Assembly (NCBI GenBank): GCA_016204125.1 | Contig: JACQLI010000045.1 | Location: 1-39,495, forward strand | Direction of reading: 5' to 3' | Length of the DNA stretch: 39,495 nucleotides | DNA from: Candidatus Omnitrophota bacterium | GTDB taxonomy: Bacteria; Omnitrophota; Omnitrophia; Omnitrophales; JACQLI01 | In this document: positions 17,751-24,848 of the stretch, piece after piece | Layout of the letters: every line of letters starts with the position of its first letter | How positions within the stretch are numbered: position 1 is the stretch's first letter | Notes under the pieces: model-generated | The model's input: the letters and a program-made list of their open reading frames with translations, nothing else | What the model was told of the DNA's origin: nothing | The model's database searches: none | Position numbers and translations under genes: made by a program

Positions 17751-17950
17751 GCCTTCTCTTTTCAACATCTGTTTGGGCTTGTGCGGTCTGTTTTGGAGAT
17801 CCCAACTCGAGTATGTCAAAGGCTCTCATTTGGGCGGTCCTTTTTATGGTAGGAGTTGTCGGATCCGTATTGGCAGGTATCCTTTCCGTAATTTTGGTAT
17901 GGATACGTAGGGCTCAGAAGTTAGGAGCTCAGGCTACATCAGTATCTTGA
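17747..17950 (+). CDS. Small single-TM membrane protein with N-terminal CAVCFGDP motif (67 aa)
   Basis: An ATGA overlap joins it to the preceding small ORF. The sequence MSLLFSTSVWACAVCFGDPNS is followed by one TM helix and a basic tail (IRRAQK). Confidence 0.45.
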   Translation: MSLLFSTSVWACAVCFGDPNSSMSKALIWAVLFMVGVVGSVLAGILSVILVWIRRAQKLGAQATSVS

Positions 17951-18003
17951 CCCCGCCTTAGAGTTTCGCTACACTGAGATCCCCTAAAGGAGGATTTACA
18001 GCA

Positions 18004-18735
18004 ATGAAACAGACAAAGTTTTACTTTTCAGCACTTATGGTAGTCCTTGGTCTCATTGGAGTTACGATGCTTTTTTCCGTTAACTCGGCAAAAGCTGTAG
18101 AAGGTGGAACTGTCTTAACAGGAAAAGCCGTTTTTGAAGGAACGCCTCCCGCTAGAGAAAAGATACGGTTAGACGCAGACCCCGTCTGTTCCATGAAATT
18201 TCCTGAGGGACTGGAGAGCGAAGAAATTATCGTGAATCCGAACGGTACTCTGAAAAATGTTTTTGTCTATGTCAAGCAGGGGCTTGAGGGACAAAAGTTT
18301 GAAGCACCAAAAGAACCCGTCGTCTTTGACCAGAACGGCTGTCACTATACCCCGCATGTGTTTGGAATTCAGGTGAACCAGCCTCTTGAAATCCGCAACA
18401 GTGACGAAACCTTACACAATGTCCATGCCCTTCCCAAAGCAAACCAAGAGTTTAATCTTGGAATGCCTCTTAAGGGGATGAAGCTGACCAAAACCTTTAA
18501 TTCACCTGAAACCATGGTGAAGTTCAAGTGTGAGGTTCATCCTTGGATGGCCGCTTACGCGGGAGTTATTGATCACCCCTTTTTTGCTGTTACAGGTGAC
18601 GATGGAACTTTTCAGCTCCAGGGTCTTCCGCCTGGAGAATATGTCGTTGAGGCCTGGCATGAGAAATACGGCGCGCAGACGGCCACGGTAAAGGTTCCTG
18701 ATACGGGCGAGGTTTCTTTTACATTCAAAGGCTAA
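18004..18735 (+). CDS. Secreted cupredoxin-like (amicyanin-type C-x2-H-x2-M) protein with C-terminal CarboxypepD_reg-like strands
   Basis: AAAGGAGG RBS and a signal peptide are present. Candidate Cu ligands are the His in LHNVHALP and the CEVHPWM motif. The C-terminal GTFQLQGLPPGEYVVEAWHEKYG segment is typical of carboxypeptidase-regulatory-like beta sandwiches. A paralog lies at 22422-23105. Confidence 0.6.
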   Translation: MKQTKFYFSALMVVLGLIGVTMLFSVNSAKAVEGGTVLTGKAVFEGTPPAREKIRLDADPVCSMKFPEGLESEEIIVNPNGTLKNVFVYVKQGLEGQKFEAPKEPVVFDQNGCHYTPHVFGIQVNQPLEIRNSDETLHNVHALPKANQEFNLGMPLKGMKLTKTFNSPETMVKFKCEVHPWMAAYAGVIDHPFFAVTGDDGTFQLQGLPPGEYVVEAWHEKYGAQTATVKVPDTGEVSFTFKG

Positions 18736-18778
18736 ATCCCTGAGTGAGTCTTATTGGAGATATCGTTTTACCCAGTTT

Positions 18779-19594
18779 TTGGTTTTCCTGACCTTCCTTC
18801 TCCTTTTCATGGGAGGTCTTGTAACCAGCACCGATTCGGGCCTTGCTGTCCCTGACTGGCCACTTTCCTTTGGCGGTTTCCTCCCCCCTATGGTCGGAGG
18901 AATCCGCTTCGAACATTCCCACAGGGTCATTGCTTCCACAGTAGGTCTCCTCACATTGATCTTGGCGATTTGGACGGGCATGAAGGAAGAAAAAACAAAG
19001 ATTCGCTGGCTTGCTATCGCAGCCCTTGGGGCCGTGGTTCTACAGGGAATTTTGGGAGGCCTCACCGTTCTTTACCGCCTTCCAGCTCCCATTTCAGTCG
19101 CACATGCCTGCCTTGGCCCCACCTTTTTTTCTTTGGTCGTTTCTCTAGCTACTGTCAGTTCCCCAAAATGGGAAGTCAGGAGAATATCTTCTGATCAGGG
19201 AAGTTTTCATCACTTTGCTTTAATAACCACACTCTTTATCTTTCTCCAAGTTCTTCTGGGGGCGATTGTTAGACACACAGGATCTTGGATTTTGGTTCAC
19301 ATTGCCTGGGCCTTTCTTCTCCTTATAATGATTGGAAGGCTTGTTCGGAAGGCGCTGGTTGATTTTGAGGACGAAAAGGAAATTCTAAGATCCACGTTTC
19401 TTCTTGCATTCCTTGTGATAATCGAATTCTTTTTAGGGCTTGGCGCGTTCGCCTTTACACGATTAGTAGATAGTAGCCAAGCAAGGTGGAGCCAAGTTCT
19501 TATTCCAACCTTGCATCAAACACTAGGTTCACTTATCCTGGCTATGGGTGTGGTTCTAGCGCTTCGTTCAAGAAGAGACTTAGCTCAAGTATGA
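18779..19594 (+). CDS. ctaA: Heme A synthase (CtaA/COX15 family), Cys-less loop type
   Basis: Motifs present are GGLVTSTDSGLAVPDWPLSFG, FEHSHRVIA and the second-half His motifs. The TTG at 18779 is the only canonical start but it truncates TM1. The frame is open from 18692, and a CTG at 18740 is preceded by AAAGG. Confidence 0.8.
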   Translation: MVFLTFLLLFMGGLVTSTDSGLAVPDWPLSFGGFLPPMVGGIRFEHSHRVIASTVGLLTLILAIWTGMKEEKTKIRWLAIAALGAVVLQGILGGLTVLYRLPAPISVAHACLGPTFFSLVVSLATVSSPKWEVRRISSDQGSFHHFALITTLFIFLQVLLGAIVRHTGSWILVHIAWAFLLLIMIGRLVRKALVDFEDEKEILRSTFLLAFLVIIEFFLGLGAFAFTRLVDSSQARWSQVLIPTLHQTLGSLILAMGVVLALRSRRDLAQV

Positions 19595-20493
19595 AAAGCG
19601 AAATTTTCGAAATAAAAGAGGCTGTCGGGGTAGAGAAAATCAAACTCGCTGATTTTCTTGAAGTTACCAAATTACGCCTTGTTTCACTTGTCCTATGGAG
19701 TGTAGCCGTCGGCTTCTTTCTCGCTACCGACAGCCCATTCTCTCTATCTCTTTTTCTTAAGGCGCTTGGAGGAATTTCACTTGTAGCCGCAGGGGCTATG
19801 GTACTCAATCAATTTCTCGAGATGGATGCTGACGCCAAGATGAAAAGAACGGAGAATAGACCTCTTCCGAGCGGAAGACTCAAAGCAACAGAAGCTCTTT
19901 TTATCGGCACTCTCTTTTCGGTGGCTGGACTTTTGGTTCTAGGAAGTCAGGTGAATTTGCTTCTGGATTTTCTAGCTGGCCTCACCCTCATAGTTTATCT
20001 TTTTCTTTACACGCCCCTCAAAACCCAAACACCCCTCTGCGTATGGATTGGTGCGATTCCGGGAGCTATGCCTCCTGTCTTGGGTTGGGTGGCACGAAAA
20101 GGGGAGGCGGGGATTGAGGCCTGGGTTCTTTTTCTCATTCTTCTTGTTTGGCAGCTTCCTCATGTTCTTGCTATCTCCTGGGTTCACAAAGAAGATTACG
20201 TTCAAGCAGGATTCAAAATGCTTCCTCTTGGAGGAAACGTGGAAGAAAAAACAGGGCGAAGGATTGTTTTTTATTCGCTTGTTCTTATTCCAATCAGCCT
20301 GGGGCCAGTTTTAATCAAAATGAACGGTGCTCTTTATTTGATTGGGGCAATGATTTTAGGGATTTGGTTCCTCGCCTCTGCTTTAAAAACACACCGCAAT
20401 CTCGACCATCGAGCCAAGCCATTTTTTAGAGATTCCATCCTTTACCTAAGTCTTCTCTTTCTCCTTTTGCTTTTAGATAAGAGGTTCTTATGA
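19591..20493 (+). CDS. ctaB: Protoheme IX farnesyltransferase (heme O synthase)
   Basis: An ATGA overlap joins it to ctaA. UbiA-family motifs are NQFLEMDADAKMKRTENRPLPSG and YTPLK. The 35-codon N-terminal extension in the ORF track overlaps ctaA and was rejected. Confidence 0.9.
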   Translation: MKSEIFEIKEAVGVEKIKLADFLEVTKLRLVSLVLWSVAVGFFLATDSPFSLSLFLKALGGISLVAAGAMVLNQFLEMDADAKMKRTENRPLPSGRLKATEALFIGTLFSVAGLLVLGSQVNLLLDFLAGLTLIVYLFLYTPLKTQTPLCVWIGAIPGAMPPVLGWVARKGEAGIEAWVLFLILLVWQLPHVLAISWVHKEDYVQAGFKMLPLGGNVEEKTGRRIVFYSLVLIPISLGPVLIKMNGALYLIGAMILGIWFLASALKTHRNLDHRAKPFFRDSILYLSLLFLLLLLDKRFL

Positions 20494-21401
20494 GAATTGT
20501 CCTGACAGGGGGCACAGGTTTTATCGGCAGTGCTCTTCGAGAAAGTTTGATCGAGAAGGGACACGAAGTCGTTATCCTGACAAGACGAGCTTCCCGAGAG
20601 AACCAGCCTGGAATCCGAACTCGATACCGCTACTGGAATCCCGCAGAAGAGGGGGCTTGGCAAAAAGAAGTGGACGGTGTCGATGGAGTGATCAATTTAG
20701 CTGGCGAGCCCCTTGTAGGAAAACGCTGGACGCGAGCGCAGAAGCAGATGCTTCTTGAAAGTCGAACGGGTTCCACACAGGCTATTGTTCGTGCGATACG
20801 GAATGCAAAGAAAAAGCCACTTTTTCTGATCAACGCATCAGCTGTCGGTTATTACGGTGCACACGGAGATGAAAAGCTGACCGAGGAGAATCCGCATGGT
20901 AAAGATTTTTTGGGTCAGTTATGTCAAGCGTGGGAGGCCCACGCATTAAGAGCTCAAGATTTTGGAGTTCGTGTTGTTCTTATCAGAATCGGCATTGTTC
21001 TCGAAAAAGGCGGAGGAGCGCTTGCGAAGATGCGTCCCCCTTTCAACCTTGGTTTGGGTGGTCCTCTGGGGACAGGGGAGCAGTGGATGAGTTGGATCCA
21101 TCTTGCTGATTTGATTCGCCTTTTTCACCTTGCCGTTGAAAAGAAAGAAATTCAAGGTCCTGTCAACGGCACTGCGCCGAACCCCGTCACGATGCTCGAA
21201 TTTGCAAAGACGCTGGGCAAAGTGCTTCATCGGCCGGCTGTTTTTCCCGTACCCGCTTTTTTGCTTAAGATCCTTCTCGGCGAAATGGCGGATGTTCTTT
21301 TAACGGGCCAGAGAGTGATTCCTAAGAAGGCGTTTTCGCAAGGCTTTACGTTTCAATTTCCCACTCTTCGCGAAGCCTTTTTAGAGATTCTCAAAAAGTG
21401 A
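20490..21401 (+). CDS. TIGR01777/YfcH-type atypical SDR (epimerase-like, DUF1731 C-terminus)
   Basis: The N-terminal MRIVLTGGTGFIGSAL is a Rossmann motif. The segments SAVGYYG, WMSWIHLADL and the C-terminal GQRVIPKKA...GFTFQFP are typical of this family. ATGA overlaps occur on both sides. Confidence 0.8.
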   Translation: MRIVLTGGTGFIGSALRESLIEKGHEVVILTRRASRENQPGIRTRYRYWNPAEEGAWQKEVDGVDGVINLAGEPLVGKRWTRAQKQMLLESRTGSTQAIVRAIRNAKKKPLFLINASAVGYYGAHGDEKLTEENPHGKDFLGQLCQAWEAHALRAQDFGVRVVLIRIGIVLEKGGGALAKMRPPFNLGLGGPLGTGEQWMSWIHLADLIRLFHLAVEKKEIQGPVNGTAPNPVTMLEFAKTLGKVLHRPAVFPVPAFLLKILLGEMADVLLTGQRVIPKKAFSQGFTFQFPTLREAFLEILKK

Positions 21402-22015
21402 CCACCCTTCCCGCTACTCGTCAAAAGGTTTTAGGGTTTGTTTTAATAGCGTTTCTTATTGGAAATGGAGCGACTCTTCTATGGATCTTTTCAAAAGGGG
21501 GAAGGATCGACACAAAGAGATCGGCTCTGGGTGTTTATGGCGGTGCTCCTGACTTTTCTCTAACCGAGAGGAGCGGGCAGACATTTGTCAAAGAAAGCCT
21601 TGTTGGAAAACCATGGATTGCTGACTTTATCTTTACGAGGTGCTCAGGCCAGTGTCCTATGATGAGTGCTCACATGCAGAGGATCCAAGGGCTTTTTCCA
21701 AAGGAGACCGATCTACACCTTGTTTCCTTCACCGTCGATCCCAACTGGGATTCCCCCGAAGTTCTTTCTCGTTATGCGGAAAGGTATTCTGCCGAAAAGG
21801 ATCGGTGGCTTTTTCTGACAGGTCCTAAGGAGGAGATCAACCGAATCCTTAAAGGGTTTTTCCTGAGTTCTGTGGATGAGGACCCGAATATGCACAGCAT
21901 TCGATTTATCTTAGTGGATGGAGAAGGTCAGATCCGCGGGTTTTATGACGCGGGCGATCCTAGTTCTATCAAGCAACTGATTCAAGATACAAAAGTTTTG
22001 ATATCCAAGAGATGA
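21398..22015 (+). CDS. SCO1/SenC copper chaperone (thioredoxin fold)
   Basis: A GTGA overlap marks the start. An N-terminal TM helix, the motif FIFTRCSGQCP (CxxxC) and a downstream conserved His (NMHSIRFILVD) are present. Confidence 0.85.
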   Translation: MTTLPATRQKVLGFVLIAFLIGNGATLLWIFSKGGRIDTKRSALGVYGGAPDFSLTERSGQTFVKESLVGKPWIADFIFTRCSGQCPMMSAHMQRIQGLFPKETDLHLVSFTVDPNWDSPEVLSRYAERYSAEKDRWLFLTGPKEEINRILKGFFLSSVDEDPNMHSIRFILVDGEGQIRGFYDAGDPSSIKQLIQDTKVLISKR

Positions 22016-22440
22016 GCCCAGCGATTTTGTCTTTTCTCCCAGGAATGAATGCAGGTCTCAATGCAGCGAGTGCTTTGCTGATCGTCTTGGGAGTGATTTT
22101 TATACGGCAGGGAGCGTGGACTGCTCACGCACTTTGTATGTGCGCTGCAGTGGGAACTTCAACCCTCTTTCTTATTTCATACCTCGTTTATCATTTCTTT
22201 CATGGCGCTACACCTTTTCCAGGACAAGGCTGGATCAGGCCTGTCTATTTTTCCATTCTGATTTCACATACCTTTCTCGCCATTGTTAATGTTCCGCTTG
22301 TCATCGTAACTCTTACGCGAGCGCTCAAAAGCCAATTCGAACGACACGTCAAGATAGCCCACATCACCTTTCCCATCTGGCTCTATGTCTCGGTAACTGG
22401 GATAATTATTTACTGGATGCTTTATCGGGTGGAGTGGTAG
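22012..22440 (+). CDS. DUF420 (CtaM-like) membrane protein
   Basis: ATGA overlap at the start. The 142-aa protein has four TM helices. The pattern N..LN..SA.LL..G...I......H...M..A and H..IA...FPIWLYVS is typical of DUF420 proteins found with aa3 oxidase genes. Confidence 0.7.
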   Translation: MSPAILSFLPGMNAGLNAASALLIVLGVIFIRQGAWTAHALCMCAAVGTSTLFLISYLVYHFFHGATPFPGQGWIRPVYFSILISHTFLAIVNVPLVIVTLTRALKSQFERHVKIAHITFPIWLYVSVTGIIIYWMLYRVEW

Positions 22441-23105
22441 GTCAGGAGAAGGGACTTCGTTTCAGGGCTCACTTCAGCTTTAATCTCGCCAAGCTCCTCA
22501 TGCCAGACGGTCAGGGTGTACATTCCCTCAGGGATATTTTTAATCTTAAAAGATCCTGTCTCGTCTGTTAAAGCATAGAAAGGATGCTCCTTAACAATAA
22601 CAAACGCATGCATCCAGTGGTGGACGCCGCAGCGGAAGACAAAGCGGCCTGCATCATCAAAACGCTTCTTTAGGACCTGTCCTTTCTTTGGCATCGCATC
22701 ATTGAAGAGCATCTCGGCCTTCTCGTCAAAAGCCCTTACATTGTGAAGAATGGCTTCTGAATTGAGGATAGAGACAGTAGCGCCTTTTGGAATCAAGAGA
22801 ATATGGGGAGAAAATTCGCAGTTGATTTGATCAAGAGTGTAATCCTTCTCTTTTAATGAATCTTCTTCGAGAGGCAGGTTGCCTTCCAATTTAACCACTG
22901 CATTGGCAACCCATCCTTCTGGAGAAACCTTGAGTTTGGGAGATTCTTTAGTTTTTCCACAAAGGGAAGCGTGTTCTTTCGAAATCTCAAGTGACTGAAC
23001 TTCAGGAAAGGGTGGCTCTAACCTTACCTTTCCCTTGAGATCAAGAGCCAAAAGGGTAGAAGGGATGAGAAGAAAAAAGAAAAAGAGGCTACTGAAGATC
23101 TTCAA
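22422..23105 (-). CDS. Secreted cupredoxin-like protein, paralog of 18004-18735
   Basis: It has a signal peptide and aligns with the paralog at three points: DQINCEFSPHI with DQNGCHYTPHV, NSEAILHNVRA with NSDETLHNVHA, and RCGVHHWMHAF with KCEVHPWMAAY. The same C-terminal GSFKIKNIPEGMYTLTVWHEELG segment is present. Confidence 0.6.
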   Translation of the reverse strand: MKIFSSLFFFFLLIPSTLLALDLKGKVRLEPPFPEVQSLEISKEHASLCGKTKESPKLKVSPEGWVANAVVKLEGNLPLEEDSLKEKDYTLDQINCEFSPHILLIPKGATVSILNSEAILHNVRAFDEKAEMLFNDAMPKKGQVLKKRFDDAGRFVFRCGVHHWMHAFVIVKEHPFYALTDETGSFKIKNIPEGMYTLTVWHEELGEIKAEVSPETKSLLLTYHSTR

Positions 23106-23481
23106 AATATTCCCATTCTACAAGGTCGCCTGCCTTGAGATGAGATTTATAAGGACTCGCGTTTTTTGTGGTCCCGTTAATTTTAAGCCGCCACCACCTG
23201 TTTTGTGCAGGGTCGATCGCGACTCCATCGATTGCCTTGACCTCCTCTGATTTGCAGCAGGCCGCTCCGTCTACAACAGGTAGAACCTTTCGGAGGGCAT
23301 CCTTTGGAGTTATCTTTTCGGGTACAACGATTTCTCGGGACACACTTGACTTCTGGGCTGGTCCAAAATCAATCTTGACCGTGACAGGAACCATTTTGGG
23401 AGGAAGAGTTGAGATGAGCAGAAGATTTCCCGTTGTTACTTGAGGGCTAAGTAAGAAAAGAATGAGAATTACGTAACTCAT
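23089..23481 (-). CDS. Secreted DUF4430-like (transcobalamin beta-domain-like) protein
   Basis: It has a signal peptide. The pattern ...DALRKV...VKAIDGV......WWRLKINGT.......LKAGDLVEWEY matches the DUF4430 signature (sIdG...yW.y.vNG....l.dGD.i.w.y). It overlaps the downstream cupredoxin gene by 17 nt. Confidence 0.5.
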   Translation of the reverse strand: MSYVILILFLLSPQVTTGNLLLISTLPPKMVPVTVKIDFGPAQKSSVSREIVVPEKITPKDALRKVLPVVDGAACCKSEEVKAIDGVAIDPAQNRWWRLKINGTTKNASPYKSHLKAGDLVEWEYFEDLQ

Positions 23482-23545
23482 GGCCCCCGTATTCTAAGAG
23501 CCGATCTCTCATTCTGCAACTAGAAAGAAAAACAGCTAGAGGGTG

Positions 23546-23551
23546 TATAAT
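23546..23551 (+). promoter_or_regulatory. Perfect TATAAT -10 hexamer 10 nt upstream of the AOX-like ATG
   Basis: The sequence is gggtgTATAATaaatccattATG, with no SD between the hexamer and the ATG at 23561. The -35 region is poor. Confidence 0.4.
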
Positions 23552-23560
23552 AAATCCATT

Positions 23561-24217
23561 ATGGAAAGGCTCAATTTGTGGGAGTTACAGAAAATCCAAG
23601 AAGAGACCCTAAAAGCCCCAAGAAGGCGTTATGGATTCTTAAGCAAGATTCTTTTTACTTTCATGCATTTAGTCTATGGCAAGACAAAGAACCTTAGTAA
23701 GTTTAAGGTCCTAGAAGTGATCGCTCGCGTGCCTTATCAATCATGGGAACATGTTGCCTACATCGCGATCACGCATATGTATCGGAAGCCTGATTTCGCA
23801 CGTCGGATATTTGAGTTTGTAAAAGAAAGCCGCTCTCAGCAAGATAACGAACAGTGGCACCTTTTGATTCTCGAAGAGCTCGTTCACAAGAAAGAGATTC
23901 GCGAGAATTTTTTTCTCTATCGCATCCTGCCTCAAATGATCGCCTTTCTTTACTACCACATCAGCTGGATTCTTTATGTCATCAAACCCTCGTTCAGTTA
24001 CAACCTTAACGCGGACTTCGAAGATCACGCCGAACACGAATACATGGAGTATGTCCGAGAAAATCCTGGATTGGAAAAGGAGGTCTTTGAGAGTGATTTT
24101 GCAGATGATTACGGACAATTCGCTTCTCTCGCCGATCTTTTTCGTCAAATTGGATATGACGAAAGGATTCACAAGCAGGAAAGTTTAGAACGGATCGAAC
24201 ACGCAAGGTTTTCATAG
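23561..24217 (+). CDS. Alternative oxidase (AOX/PTOX)-like membrane-associated di-iron carboxylate protein
   Basis: Four AOX-type iron-binding motifs occur in order: LEVIARVPY (LET.A.VPG), NEQWHLL (NERMHL), ADFEDHAEHEY (LEEEA...Y) and YDERIHKQE (RADE..H). The GTG at 23543 is an alternative start. Confidence 0.7.
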   Translation: MERLNLWELQKIQEETLKAPRRRYGFLSKILFTFMHLVYGKTKNLSKFKVLEVIARVPYQSWEHVAYIAITHMYRKPDFARRIFEFVKESRSQQDNEQWHLLILEELVHKKEIRENFFLYRILPQMIAFLYYHISWILYVIKPSFSYNLNADFEDHAEHEYMEYVRENPGLEKEVFESDFADDYGQFASLADLFRQIGYDERIHKQESLERIEHARFS

Positions 24218-24218
24218 C

Positions 24219-24668
24219 TTGGATGCCGCTGAATCTGTAAGAAGACTTGTCTCTGAACAATCAGAGGCTTCGCTGGGTACTCTCGAAGGAAATTCCCCCT
24301 TCATCTCGGCCACGAGCTATCTTTTTGAGCCTGATAAAGGCGAAGAACTCGGAAATTTTTACCTCCTCTTAAGTCACCTGGCAAGACACACGAAGAATAT
24401 ACGGGCTAATCCCCATGCGAGTCTTCTTGTCGTCGAGGATAAGAAAGAAGTTCCTATCCTTGAAAGAGCGCGGGTCACCGTATTGGGGGTGGTAAAAGAA
24501 GTGGGGGGAGAAGAGGAAAAACGGATAAGAGGAGCTTATCTCAAGCGCTTTCCGTGGGCCAAACAGATCCTGGAATTGCCAGACTTCCGGTTTTACGAAC
24601 TCCACCCTCACGAGATTCACTGGGTGGGAGGATTTGGGCAGATTCGAAATTGGAAATTATCTTCATGA
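24219..24668 (+). CDS. Pyridoxamine 5'-phosphate oxidase-like FMN-binding split-barrel protein (HugZ/CREG-like)
   Basis: The TTG start lies 1 nt after the AOX stop. The pattern ASLGTL...PF.S...Y.......LLLS.LA.HTKN...NP.ASLLV......P....RVT..G and the tail FRFYEL.P..I.WVGGFG are characteristic. Confidence 0.6.
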   Translation: MDAAESVRRLVSEQSEASLGTLEGNSPFISATSYLFEPDKGEELGNFYLLLSHLARHTKNIRANPHASLLVVEDKKEVPILERARVTVLGVVKEVGGEEEKRIRGAYLKRFPWAKQILELPDFRFYELHPHEIHWVGGFGQIRNWKLSS

Positions 24669-24835
24669 AAATCAACTACTTCTTAGGACGCGCGCTCCAG
24701 CTTATCGGCCTTCTTGCTCTTCCTTCGGCCATCTGGATTGCAGAATTTGAAAAAAGCGAGGCAGGTGCGATTTTGGTTTTCTTAGGTTCTCTCGTTATCT
24801 TTTTTGTCGGTTGGATTTTGACGAAAGTGGGGTAA
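24665..24835 (+). CDS. Small two-TM membrane protein (56 aa)
   Basis: An ATGA overlap joins it to the preceding gene, and it has two hydrophobic helices. The longer ORF-track version is an out-of-context extension. Confidence 0.4.
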   Translation: MKINYFLGRALQLIGLLALPSAIWIAEFEKSEAGAILVFLGSLVIFFVGWILTKVG

Positions 24836-24848
24836 GATATTACAACTC

